From Blastocatellia bacterium (lineage in GTDB: Bacteria; Acidobacteriota; Blastocatellia; UBA7656; JADIYM01): 64,000 bases of DNA. A model generated the notes under the pieces. The model searched no databases, had not been told where the DNA came from, and saw only the letters and a program-made list of their open reading frames with translations. The position numbers and the translations under genes were made by a program. The DNA lies in the NCBI GenBank assembly GCA_016705245.1, contig JADIYM010000005.1, positions 139,069-203,068 of the forward strand, written 5' to 3'. Shown here one piece after another: positions 20,677 to 31,000 of the stretch (the stretch's first letter is position 1; each line of letters opens with the position of its first letter).

Positions 20677-21440
20677 CAAGCCGCGTCGCGGACGCTCTCG
20701 TAGCCGCGGCCTTTCCACAGGGCTGCCACGTCTGTCGGGGCGCCGTGTTGAGGCGCGAGTCGGGCGTGGCGTGCGAGGCCTGCTGGAACGATCCGGTTGC
20801 CACTCCTCTTTATTCGGGGAAGGCTCTGTGTGAACGATGCGGGCTTCCGGGAATGGGACGGTGCCTGACGTGTGCGCCGGCGGGCCTCGCTGTAGTCCGC
20901 TCGGTCGGCCAATACGCCGGAGCGCTCCGGGCGGTCCTCCTGGACGTGAAGCGGCGGCCGCGCGCTCCGGCTCGACTGGGCGATCTGCTCGCGGCGATGT
21001 GGATGGAATCGGATGCTCTACACGGTGTTGACGCGGTAGTTCCAGTGCCGCTCCATCCGGGTCGTCTCGCCGAACGCGGTCACAATCAGGCGGAGGTGCT
21101 TGCACGCGCCCTTTCGTCACGGACGGGGCTCTGTGTGGAACTGAACGCGCTCGCCCGTGTTCGCGCCGGAGCGCGGCGACGGTTCGGCTCCGGGCGCGAC
21201 GCGCGGGCAACGGATTCGGCGGATGCGTTTGCAGCGGCTACGCGGCTGGTTGCGGGAAGGCGACTGCTGCTGGTCGACGACGTCTTCACGACCGGGGCGA
21301 CACTTGGGGCGTGCGCCACGGCGCTGCTCGATGCCGGGGCGCTCGAATTGGTCGCCCCTCACTGTGGCGCGAGTGCGCATGGGTGCTGCCGGTTGATCCG
21401 GACTCCGTGGCTCGGTGACTCCGTGTCTCTGTGTGCGTAG
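20631..21440 (+). CDS. ComF family protein (double zinc ribbon plus phosphoribosyltransferase domain). The start overlaps the dksA 3' end and its exact position is uncertain.
   Basis: ...ALVAAAFPQGCHVCRG...CEACW... then the PRTase motif LLLVDDVFTTGATL. In-frame GTG at 20610 and TTG at 20631. Confidence 0.7.
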   Translation: MPGPAGTRASRGRRVASRVADALVAAAFPQGCHVCRGAVLRRESGVACEACWNDPVATPLYSGKALCERCGLPGMGRCLTCAPAGLAVVRSVGQYAGALRAVLLDVKRRPRAPARLGDLLAAMWMESDALHGVDAVVPVPLHPGRLAERGHNQAEVLARALSSRTGLCVELNALARVRAGARRRFGSGRDARATDSADAFAAATRLVAGRRLLLVDDVFTTGATLGACATALLDAGALELVAPHCGASAHGCCRLIRTPWLGDSVSLCA

Positions 21441-21500
21441 CTCCTAACGTGCCTGAAGAGCTTCGCACACAGAGACACGGAGACATGGAGTCACCGAGAA
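21401..21500. repeat. Palindromic heptamer-array repeat, family A
   Basis: gactccgtgtctctgtgtgcgtagctcctaacgtgcctgaagagcttcgcacacagagacacggagacatggagtcacc. Confidence 0.85.
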
Positions 21501-21578
21501 GCCCGCAGTCAACCGCGCCTTGCTCGGCATGTCCGACATTCGGATAATGCCGGAACTCGCCAGTCAGGAGACCGCACC

Positions 21579-22685
21579 GTGATCAAGAAGCTCTTCGCCG
21601 CTGAGAACATCCTCAATCTGCTGCTCGTCTTCGTTCCGATCGCCGTCATCCTCGAGTACGTGGTGCACGCGAGCGCCCTCGCGATCTTCGTGACGTCGTG
21701 CATTGCGATCATCCCGCTCGCGGGATTGATGGGGAAGGCGACCGAACACCTCGCCGAGACGCTCGGCGAAGGCGTCGGCGGTCTGCTGAACGCGACCTTC
21801 GGCAACGCCGCTGAGCTCATAATCGCAGTGATGGCTCTCCGGGCGGGGCTTTACGACGTCGTGAAAGCGTCCATCACGGGCTCGATCATCGGCAACATCC
21901 TCCTCGTTCTCGGACTGAGCGTCCTCTATGGAGGGCTCAAGTTCCAGTCCCAGAAGTTCAATCGCACGGCAGCCAGCCTTGGGTCGACCCTGCTCGTCCT
22001 GAGCGCCATCGGCCTCGTCGTTCCGGCGATCTTCCACTTCCTGGTTCAGGGAACCACTTCCGATGCCGTCATCCACGATGAGCTCGAGTTGAGTCTCGAG
22101 ATCGCGATCGTTCTGATGGTGACGTACGTCCTCAGCCTGATTTTCACCCTCAAGACGCACAAGCACCTCTACGTTGGCGAGCCGAGTCCCGAGTCGGAAC
22201 ACGCGCTGGGTACGCACGGCTGGTCGCGCGGAAAGTCGCTCGGCGTTCTGCTCGGCGCAACGGCGCTCGTCGCGCTGATGAGCGAGTTCCTCGTCGGCGC
22301 CGTCGACGAGGCGGCGAAGTCGCTCGGAATGACTGAGGTTTTCGTCGGCGTGATCCTCGTGGCAATCATCGGCAACGCGGCCGAGCATTCCACAGCCGTC
22401 CTCATGGCCGGAAAGAACAAGATGGACCTCGCGGTGAACATCGCGGTCGGATCGTCGATCCAGATCGCGCTCTTCGTCGCTCCGGTGCTGCTGTTTCTGA
22501 GCTACGTGATCGGACCGAAGCCGATGGATCTGCTCTTCACGAATCTCGAGGTGCTTGCGATCGTGATGTCGACGGCGATCATGGCGCTCATCGCGCAGGA
22601 TGGCGAGTCGAACTGGATGGAGGGCGTGCAACTCCTTTCCGTCTACATCATCCTCGGCATGGCGTTCTTCTACCTGCCGATGTAG
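21579..22685 (+). CDS. Ca2+/H+ antiporter (CaCA family, ChaA/CAX type)
   Basis: 368 aa, 11 hydrophobic segments, paired GNAAE motifs ([10 protein letters not shown] and [10 protein letters not shown]). Confidence 0.9.
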   Translation: MIKKLFAAENILNLLLVFVPIAVILEYVVHASALAIFVTSCIAIIPLAGLMGKATEHLAETLGEGVGGLLNATFGNAAELIIAVMALRAGLYDVVKASITGSIIGNILLVLGLSVLYGGLKFQSQKFNRTAASLGSTLLVLSAIGLVVPAIFHFLVQGTTSDAVIHDELELSLEIAIVLMVTYVLSLIFTLKTHKHLYVGEPSPESEHALGTHGWSRGKSLGVLLGATALVALMSEFLVGAVDEAAKSLGMTEVFVGVILVAIIGNAAEHSTAVLMAGKNKMDLAVNIAVGSSIQIALFVAPVLLFLSYVIGPKPMDLLFTNLEVLAIVMSTAIMALIAQDGESNWMEGVQLLSVYIILGMAFFYLPM

Positions 22686-23647
22686 CCCGCGAAGCGTTCA
22701 GGAGGGCTCGGCGACGGTTTCGACGTCGAGCTCCTTGGGCAGGGGAAGACTACGTTCTCCTGCACCATCTCGAAGTCCTCGATCGATCGAACGCCGCGCT
22801 CGCGGAAGACGTCGGCGACTTCCTGAACGAGACGTTCCGGCGTCGATGCGCCGGCCGTGATGGCGGCTGAGCGAATGCCGTCCAGCCATTCCGGGATGAT
22901 CTCAGATGCCCTGTCGATCCGGTGGGCGCGGACTCCGTTCTGCTTCGCCACTTCGACGAGGCGAAGCGAATTCGAACTGTTCGCGGCGCCGACGACGAGC
23001 AGTAGATCGACGCGCGGCGCGATGGCCTTCACGGCTTCCTGCCGGTTCTGGGTCGCATAGCAGATGTCGTCCTTGGCAGGCGCCTTGATCTCAGGGTACC
23101 GCTCGCGTACCGCGTCGATGACGTCGCGAGTGTCGTCGACGCTCAGCGTGGTCTGTGTCAGGAATGCGACGTTAGCCGGATCGAGGCCATCGAGTTGGTC
23201 GAGGTCTTCGCTGTCCTGGATGAGGACCATCTGGTCGGGGGCCTCGCCCATGGTGCCGATGACCTCGTCGTGACCTTCGTGCCCGATGAGGAGGATCGTG
23301 CGGCCCTCCTTAGCGAAGCGGCGAGCCTCGATGTGGACCTTCGTCACGAGAGGACACGTCGCGTCGATAACGTTGAGGCCGCGACGTGAGGCGTCGTCAT
23401 AGACGTCCGGTGCGACCCCGTGAGCCGAGAAGATGACGACGGAGTGGGAAGGGACCTCTTTGAGCGACTCGACGAACACGGCGCCCATTTCGCGGAGGTC
23501 GTTGACGACGATCGGATTGTGGACGATCTCCTTGCGGACGTAGACCGGCGGTCCGTAGATCGAAAGCGCGCGTTCAACGATGTCGATGGCTCGAACGACG
23601 CCTGCGCAGAAGCCTCGCGGCTTGATGAGGTAGAGCGTCTCGATCAT
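22670..23647 (-). CDS. ispH: 4-hydroxy-3-methylbut-2-enyl diphosphate reductase
   Basis: [25 protein letters not shown]... conserved Cys residues. Confidence 0.93.
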   Translation of the reverse strand: MIETLYLIKPRGFCAGVVRAIDIVERALSIYGPPVYVRKEIVHNPIVVNDLREMGAVFVESLKEVPSHSVVIFSAHGVAPDVYDDASRRGLNVIDATCPLVTKVHIEARRFAKEGRTILLIGHEGHDEVIGTMGEAPDQMVLIQDSEDLDQLDGLDPANVAFLTQTTLSVDDTRDVIDAVRERYPEIKAPAKDDICYATQNRQEAVKAIAPRVDLLLVVGAANSSNSLRLVEVAKQNGVRAHRIDRASEIIPEWLDGIRSAAITAGASTPERLVQEVADVFRERGVRSIEDFEMVQENVVFPCPRSSTSKPSPSPPERFAGYIGR

Positions 23648-23713
23648 CGATCGCAGTCTAGCACAGCGGTATGGCCGCGCGATCGAGGCCCGTCCGCCCT
23701 GGTGGAAGTCGGA

Positions 23714-24394
23714 TCAGATCTTCCGCACGAGCCCGATGAGCTTTCCGAGGATCTGCAGACGATCGCGCTCGTCTCCTTCGAACCGAAGCGGTCGATATGA
23801 GGAATTGGCCGGTTCGAGGACGACGGCGCCTCGATCTTCGCGATAGCGCTTGATCGTCGCCTCGCCTTCCTCGCCATCGGCGATCATTGCGATGACCGTA
23901 TCGCCGGGCGTCGCCGTCGGCTGTTGCCGGACGATGGCGTAGTCGCCCTCGTGGATACCGTCCTCGATCATCGAGTCGCCGGTGACCTCGAGGGCAAAGA
24001 GGGTTCCCTTTCGATCGAACATCGCACCGAGAGAGAGCTCGCCGATGTGGTTCTCGGCCGCGAGAATCGGGGTACCGGCCGCCACGCGTCCTACGATCGG
24101 AATACCGGCCGGCTCCGTCGAGGCGACTTTTCGGGCCGGCGTCGGTCGCCCGACGACGCGAAGCCCGGACTTTCCGGACGCATCGAGCGCGGCATCCGTG
24201 AGCGCAATATCGCGGTGACGGCCTTCACCGGCGACGTAGCCGGCGCGCCGGAGGGCCTGAAGGTGGTAGTGCACCGTCGAGCGCTTCATGTCGAGCTGCT
24301 CGGCGAGCTCGCGCACGGTCGGGGGCATGCCGGTTCCAGCCGCCTTCGCGATCGCGTTCAGAATCGCACGTTGAGTTGCATTGAGGTCAGCCAT
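23714..24394 (-). CDS. lexA: LexA repressor
   Basis: Start MADLNATQRAIL... (wHTH); the C-terminal S24 peptidase has GDSMIEDGIHEGD...K. The start at 24394 is refined from the longer track ORF. Confidence 0.92.
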   Translation of the reverse strand: MADLNATQRAILNAIAKAAGTGMPPTVRELAEQLDMKRSTVHYHLQALRRAGYVAGEGRHRDIALTDAALDASGKSGLRVVGRPTPARKVASTEPAGIPIVGRVAAGTPILAAENHIGELSLGAMFDRKGTLFALEVTGDSMIEDGIHEGDYAIVRQQPTATPGDTVIAMIADGEEGEATIKRYREDRGAVVLEPANSSYRPLRFEGDERDRLQILGKLIGLVRKI

Positions 24395-24407
24395 GGCTGG
24401 CAGAGTA

Positions 24408-24421
24408 CTGGACAATCGTCC
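24408..24421. promoter_or_regulatory. Putative LexA operator 1 (GGAC-N4-GTCC palindrome) in the lexA 5' region
   Basis: ACTGGACAATCGTCCT lies 15 bp upstream of the lexA start. A second copy, ACTGGACATTTGTCCT, is at 24496-24511. Confidence 0.45.
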
Positions 24422-24495
24422 TGAAATCAACAGGATTGTCGGTCGGAAAAATTCTTCTTGACACGACTTACGGGCGGGGCGCATGATGCGCGGGC

Positions 24496-24511
24496 ACTGG
24501 ACATTTGTCCT
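24496..24511. promoter_or_regulatory. Putative LexA operator 2 upstream of the divergent small ORF
   Basis: 14 of 16 positions match operator 1. It lies between a TTGACA hexamer (24457-24462) and the RBS/start of the ORF at 24550. Confidence 0.45.
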
Positions 24512-24549
24512 ACCTGCTCTGGCGAGCTTATGTAAGGAGTGTAGCGAAA

Positions 24550-24738
24550 ATGAACGAGAATCCTGGCCGTGAAGAAATGGAGAGACTCGAGCGAACCGTG
24601 CAGCGAGTCTTTGCGAGAGTGTCGGTTCTCGAGGCCCGCGTCAACGATCTCGAGCGCGAACTGCTGGCGCGCAACGGTCGCACTCTGCACGAGGTCGAGT
24701 GGCATTCGAGGCTCGAGGGATTGCGTCGGACAGCGTGA
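24550..24738 (+). CDS. Small coiled-coil hypothetical protein (63 aa) divergent from lexA; candidate SOS-regulated gene
   Basis: Strong RBS taAGGAGt 11 nt before the ATG. Sequence MNENPGREEMERLERTVQRVFARVSVLEARVNDLERELLARNG... Confidence 0.5.
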   Translation: MNENPGREEMERLERTVQRVFARVSVLEARVNDLERELLARNGRTLHEVEWHSRLEGLRRTA

Positions 24739-25551
24739 GTCAGACTGTGGAGATCCGGACTGCATGCAGGCGGATTTCCTGGTCGAGACGGGCGAGAGCG
24801 CGGAATGGAATTCCGGGAATGATGGCCGTCCCGGGGGCGTGAGCGAGAATCCGGGTGCGGCTCGGGCGATGTCGATGGTGCCTTTCGTCGTCGATCCGAT
24901 GTGCACCCGGTAATGAGACGGGTTACGGAAAGAGAGGGATTCTTCCATTCGGCAGCGGCGATTCGGCGATGCGGCCGACGGGAATCCTGGGCTTGCAGGT
25001 GGCCAACGGGGAGGCCACTGAAGCTGGAGTCGAACCGGCGCTGAGGTGCAGGGCGCCTGCAGCCGGCAGCGGTGTAGTTTCTTCCGGCAGAACCTTGCGT
25101 GATGGCATTGGCCCTGCTCCACAGGCCGTCGCCGACCCTAACGATCACGCAGGGCTGCCACCCGCCGGCGCGGCAGCATGGGCTGTCGCGCCGCCTGCCA
25201 TGGTGACGCGCCGTTATCACCCGATAGCTCGTTTTCACGGTCCGTCCGGCCAGGCCCCGTGGCGCCTTGCCGTCAGCAAGGGGCCACGATTGGCCCAGAA
25301 CCCCGAGCGCAGCGAGGGGCCGACTGCGATAACCACAGACCGCCGATGAACAGTTGGGGAAATCAACAGCCCAGGACAATTCCACAAACAACTCGGATCC
25401 CCCGGTCGGCCCCTCGCTTCGCTCTGAGCGTGTCCCACAGTTTGTGCTGGACACGGACAGAAGTGCAGCGCCGGTCACGACCGAGCGCTCGAGTTGGTGG
25501 AGGGGGACGCAACCGGATCGGGCGTGCGGTACAACCACTTGGCGGTAGATG

Positions 25552-25662
25552 TAAGGCCGGCCGCTCACTGCGTTCGCGGTTCTGGGACGTGCGGTCCGGA
25601 GAGCGGTCCCCGTCGGCCGCAGGCCGACCCAGAACCGCGAACGCAGTGAGCGGCCGGCCTTA
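25552..25662. repeat. Long near-perfect hairpin (35-bp arms, ~40-nt loop); family C (CCCAGAACC core)
   Basis: taaggccggccgctcactgcgttcgcggttctggg ... cccagaaccgcgaacgcagtgagcggccggcctta. Partial related copies are at 25295-25322 and 43485-43510. Confidence 0.85.
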
Positions 25663-26306
25663 CCGAGCGCACAACTGGTCCGCACTCCGGGGTACCGCGC
25701 CAACTCCGGCTGGTTCCAAGCCCGATAAAGATATTTGACACCTCATGCCGGATTTCTGCGTCCTTAAGGTGTATGCGTGACGTAGGTCGCCGGCTGAATA
25801 CGGACCGACCCCCTCAGCCGACAGCCGGCGCCTACATCCGCACGACTCCTGGGCTGCGGAGATGACGTCGATGTCCACGCCTGACGGCCCGATTTCTCCG
25901 TCTCGCTGCTTCGATCACCTCGATCGGCCCGCACTTCACTGGAGTCTCGGCTCGGCACCCGTCAACCTCACACTTCTCCACTCCATCCTGAGCCCGAACC
26001 TCACCCAGGAAGAAGAAGCGCTACTCCGGCGACTCTTCCTGGTGCGTATCCTCGAGCAGCGCGCCTCGGACTCCACACCAACAACGAGCGCCTGAACCAC
26101 CACGTTCAGTAGCACTTGCAGTTCTTGCCCGTCGTCGCGATGCTCTTAATGCGCGCCTCGGGCGAACTGATCGGTAGCGCAGGACATCGTATGACCGCTT
26201 GGTGTCGCGCAAGACCGCGCGTTGAGCGACGGCGAATCGTCGGGTCCAGCGTTTCGCGAATTTTCAATTAGCCGCGCCGGCGAAGACCGGCCGGGAGGTT
26301 CCAGCG

Positions 26307-27712
26307 ATGTCGAACGTTTCTCGATTCACCTTCACGGCGGCTGTTCTTGCCGTCGTTCTTGCGCTCCTCGCCCTTCCGGCCCTTTCGCCCGTGAGCGCGG
26401 CGCAAAAGGCCGGCCCGAAGAAGACGCCGGCGCTAACAATGAAACTGCGCGAACGGATCGCGGCATCAGGCAAGACCGCCCGCGTCGCCACCAAGGTGCC
26501 CGTTCGTGTTCGGGACGCCGCGGCGAAGGTCTCCTCTGAACAGCGCGCCACCTCTTTCGGCGCCCGCGCTGCGGGAACTGCGGCAAAAAGCGCCGCTCCG
26601 GCCGCGCGTCGAAGGGCGCACCATGGATCGCCGACTCTCCTCGTCGCGCATCGCTTCCGGCTGAAAAAGGCACATCCTTTGTTGGCAGGAACGGGACCGG
26701 GCTTGGAGATATCTTCGAAGACGAGCCGAACGACTCGGTCGCGCACATTCTCGATGACGTGCCCGTCAATGTCGTCGGCGAGGTGAGCTTCGAAGAAGAC
26801 ATCGACTTCTTTGCCTTTACGGCCGAGGGCGGGGAACAGGTGCGTATTGAGATCATTGCCGACCGAATCTTCGGCTCCAGCCTTGATTCCCTGATCTACG
26901 TCATCGACGAAGACGGCGAGACGACCCTGGCGACGAACGACGATTTCTTTGACGAGAGCCGCGACTCGTTTATCCGCTTCGTTGCTCCCGTGTCGGGAAA
27001 CCGCGTCTACTTCATCGCAGTGACCGACTTCGGCGGGCTCGGCGGATCGACGTTTCCGTACGTCCTGAACCTGGCCATTGCCGACGCTCCCGATCGGGTC
27101 GAGGTCGAGCCGAACGACACGACTCCCAACGCCGATGAGGCACCGATTCCGTCGTTCTTTTTTGGCGATTCTGACATCAATGACGATCTCGACATCTACT
27201 TCTTCGAAGGCTTTGCCGGCGAGGCCTTCATCGTCGACATCGATGCCGAGCTCTTCTTCTCCGCCATGGACCCGGTCGTCGAGCTTTATGACGACACGGG
27301 CGGCTACCTGTTCGGAGTGGACGACGCGGACGGGCTCGACCCGCGTTTCAACATCGTGCTGCCTTACACGGGCCTGTACTTCCTGGCCGTCTACGATGCG
27401 ACAGGTCTCGGAAGCTCATCGAGCTACTACTCGATGAACGTCTCGGTGCAGAGCGGCGCCCTTGCGCCTCGCATCGACTTCTTCAAGTTCGTTAACTTCA
27501 CGGTTCTCAAGCAGGTGCGCGGAATCGGGTTCGTGAATGCAGGCGATGGCGCCTACGCGGAACTCAACTCCGTCGAGATCCGGAGCTTCAACGCGCCTAG
27601 AAAGCCGACCACCGCCATCAAGGTGAAGCCGGGTGTCGAGACAGAAGATGGCGACGTCGTGACGGTGGTCAATCCGGACGGCCGGAGGTCGAACCCCGGC
27701 ATCATCGACTGA
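26307..27712 (+). CDS. Secreted protein with tandem pre-peptidase C-terminal (PPC) domains; apparent frameshift near 26650
   Basis: Signal peptide MSNVSRFTFTAAVLAVVLALLALPALS. After the frame switch come the PPC motifs EDEPNDSVAHILDDVPVNVVGEVSFEEDIDFFAF... and EVEPNDTTPNADEAPIPSFFFGDSDINDDLDIYFFEG. Confidence 0.7.
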
Positions 27713-27739
27713 CACGCGTCACTCCGTGAATGCAACACG

Positions 27740-27832
27740 TGGAGCCTCCGTGGCTCCGTGTCTCTGTGCGAAGCGTCAACGGAGCTTCGCACACAGAAAC
27801 ACGGAGGCACGGAGCCACGGAGATCGTCCGCC
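27740..27832. repeat. Palindromic heptamer-array repeat, family A
   Basis: gagcctccgtggctccgtgtctctgtgcgaagcgtcaacggagcttcgcacacagaaacacggaggcacggagccacggag. Confidence 0.85.
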
Positions 27833-28030
27833 CCGTCACCTGTAAACCCTTGTCGTCTTGCGGATTCCCACCGCTTCGTGTATCTGTCTCTTATCTTCGC
27901 TGGCATTTCCTGACAACCTAGTCGATAGCGCCTTCCCACAAGAGAAGGCCGGAGACCGTCCGACCATCGCGAGCAATGACGGGCGGCACGCCAGAAGAGC
28001 CAATCACGACTGTGCAAGGGAGATAGGATC

Positions 28031-31000
28031 ATGAGACTCACGGCATCTAGCCTGCTGCGTCGCAGTTTCGCGGCCGCAGGCCTCCTTATGCTTGCGTCCT
28101 GTCTTGCGTTCGCTCAGTCCGGCGTCGCGACCGCGGACCTGACTGGAGTGGTCACGGATTCGCAGGGGGGCGTCGTTCCAGGGGCGACAGTGACCCTTCG
28201 GAACGTGGACACCAACATCGAGCGCACGGTGACGACGAACGCTGACGGCCGCTACACGCTCTCGGGCGTACCGCCGGCCAATTACGAGCTGACGATATCG
28301 GCGCAGGGCTTCAAGAAGCTCCAGACGTCGGGGCTGCAGCTCACCGTCGGTCAGTCTGCCGAACTCGACCTCGCCCTCGAGGTTGCCCTCAGCGGCAGTG
28401 ACACCGAGGTCACGATCGTGGCCGGCACGGAGCTCATCGAGACGACGCGTACTTCGGTCGCATCGACCGTCGATCGCAACGAGATCGAGAACCTGCCGAT
28501 CAACGGCCGCAGCTTCCTCAACTTCACACTGACGAGCTCGACGATCGTGCGTGACAATTCCCCGTCGATCGGCCCCGCGCCGACGGCAGGATTGAACGCC
28601 GGTGGCCAGCGCGCCCGCTCGAACAACGTGTCGATCGACGGAGCCGACAACAACGACAACTCGGTCAACGGCGTTCGTGGAGCGGTCAGTCAGGAGGCCG
28701 TTCAGGAGTTCCAGCTCATCACGAACTCGTACGCGCCGGAATTCGGTCGCGCATCGGGCGCCGTGGTGAACATCATCACGAAGTCCGGTTCGAACGACTT
28801 CCACGGCAACGTGTTCGGGTTCTTCCGACACCGGTCCTTCCAGGCCCGTAATGCCTTCGCGATCTCGGACGACCCCGCATATACGCGCGCCCAGTACGGT
28901 GCGACGTTCGGCGGGCCGATCAAGAAGGACCGCACCTTCTTCTTCATGGCATTCGAGCAGTCGCGACGCCAGGAAACGGCCTTCTCGGTGATCGCCAGGG
29001 ATCCCGCGATCTTCAACCTGACGGGCGACCAGACGGCATTCGCCTCGAACCCGAACGTGTTTGACGCCTTTGGACTCACGGACGCGTTTCTTGCATCGCT
29101 TGGACTGAACCAGGCCGCGCTTGCTCCGCTGACGGCGCCGCTTACGCTGCTGCGAGGAAATGCGGAAACTGGACTGACGGGCGCGTTCGGCCTGACGTCC
29201 TTCATCGCCGCCAACGGCTTCGGGCCTAACGGGGCGTTCTTCCCGTCGGGCGCGGCGATTCCGCGGACCTACGTTCCTCTGGCTGGCTACGATCCGGCGA
29301 CGGGATTCCCGCTCAACGGCGAGTTCCCGATCAGCGATGAGACGACGCTCTTCTCGGTGCGCGTCGACCACCAATTCAATTCGAACAACAACTTCACGGC
29401 CCGGTACAACTATGTGCCGAACGAGTCTCGCGGCAACCAGTCGAACGCGCAGAACCAGGTCTATGGTCAGAACGCGCTGTCGCGCACGGCGCGCAACGAC
29501 TCATCCGACCAGGCCATCGCGGCGTCGAACACGACGACTTTCGGCGACGGCAGCTTCATCAACGAAGCGCGATTCCAGTTCGCTCATCGTCGTGTGGACT
29601 TCCTTCCGGAATGCGGGAACAACCCGGACTGCACTGACTTCAACGCGAGCCAGGTCGCGGTGAACATCAACGGCGTTGGCTACTTCGGCCGAGAGCCGTT
29701 TGCCCCGGTGCTCCGCACCGAGAAGCGCATTCAATTCTCCGACAACCTCTCGTGGCTCAAGGGCAGTCACAGCTTCAAGTTTGGCGGCGATTACAACCAC
29801 ATTCCCGTGGAAGCGATCTTCCAGCTGAACTTCGGCGGCGTCTACAACTTCGGAGAGCTGCCGGGCAGCGTGTTCTTCCAGCCCGGCACGAGCGCTTCGA
29901 ACGCGCTCACGCTGATCACGACGGGGCTTGCCGCCTCGCTCATCGGCAACGGCGTGCCTCCCGATCAGGCCCAGGCGATCGCGCGTTCGGTCGGGTTCCA
30001 GATGGTCGCGTCCGTTCCCGGGCTCACGGCTGTTCAGGCCTACGGACTCGGCGTCCCACAGAACCTGATCCAGGGCTTCGGTGACGACACGAGCAAGTTC
30101 TCGAACAACCAGATCGGCTTCTTCGCGCAGGACTCGTGGCGCATCCGTCCGAATTTCACATTCAACTACGGCGTCCGGTACGACGTTGAGACTCCTCCGG
30201 AATTCCCGCCGCTCACCGATGTATGCCCGACGTGCGGCGCCGCCGAAGAGGCCCTGAATATCCAGCAGGGCTTCCCGTCGGACAAGAACAACTGGCAACC
30301 GCGCATCGCTATCGCGTGGGATCCCTGGAGCGACGGCAAGACGGTTATCCGGGCCGCGTACGGCCTCTTCTATGACCACCCGCTGCTGGCGGCGGCGTTC
30401 AACTCGAACATCGCCGATGGCGCGCAGGCGCCGCAGCTCGTTCTCGATCCGGGAACGGCGGCGCGAGTGTTCCAGGGGATTCCGATTCCGGGCCTTCCGG
30501 CGGGTTCGCAGCTGCTCGATCAGCAGCGGTTCGATCCGGCCGTTTATCCGGGTGCCTTCTCGCCGCTGCTGCCGTTCACTCTGCACATCGATCGTGATTT
30601 CGAGTACGGCTATTCGCAGCAGGCGAATCTGACCATCGAGCGTGAGATCGTCGAGAACTTCTCGGCGTCGGCCGCTTACCTCTGGGTCCGCGGTCTGCAC
30701 CTGAATCGTCCGCGTGACCGAAACACGCCTGACGTAGATCTCCTCCTTCGGAATCGCGATCGCGCAGTGGCGCTCGGTCTGGTTCCTCCTGGCACGAATC
30801 CGAGCACCGTTGCGGTCTTCGCGCCAGCGCAGGGTGTCGTTCCCGCGGCGTTGTTCAACTTCTTCCGGCCGTCGGGTCCGAATTATGGCTACGGCGAAAC
30901 GATCGGAATTCCGGCGGCACAGCTCGCTGGTATTGCATCGTCGCTCGGCCTTCCGCTCGGCCCTGGTGTCTACGTTCCGTTTGGACCAGTGATCGCGCAG

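Noticed and set aside
25026-25038. GGAGTCGAACCGG resembles the reverse complement of a tRNA T-loop (GGTTCGACTCC), which would suggest a minus-strand tRNA in the gene-free region beside lexA
   Set aside because: After reverse-complementing, the 7-nt acceptor strand TTCAGTG has no complementary CACTGAA about 65 nt upstream. The T-stem has a mismatch and no cloverleaf can be built.
24528-25703. A 391-aa minus-strand ORF, and other long ORFs such as 25178..25738, spanning the gene-free region
   Set aside because: The composition is extremely Arg/Ser/Pro/Thr-rich with no domains. This is typical of a random open frame in high-GC DNA. The region is treated as non-coding or unknown.
27832-28030. 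A possible cobalamin or other riboswitch in the 200-nt leader of the TonB-dependent receptor
   Set aside because: No B12-box (GCCACTG) or other recognisable riboswitch consensus was found by eye. This would need a covariance-model scan.
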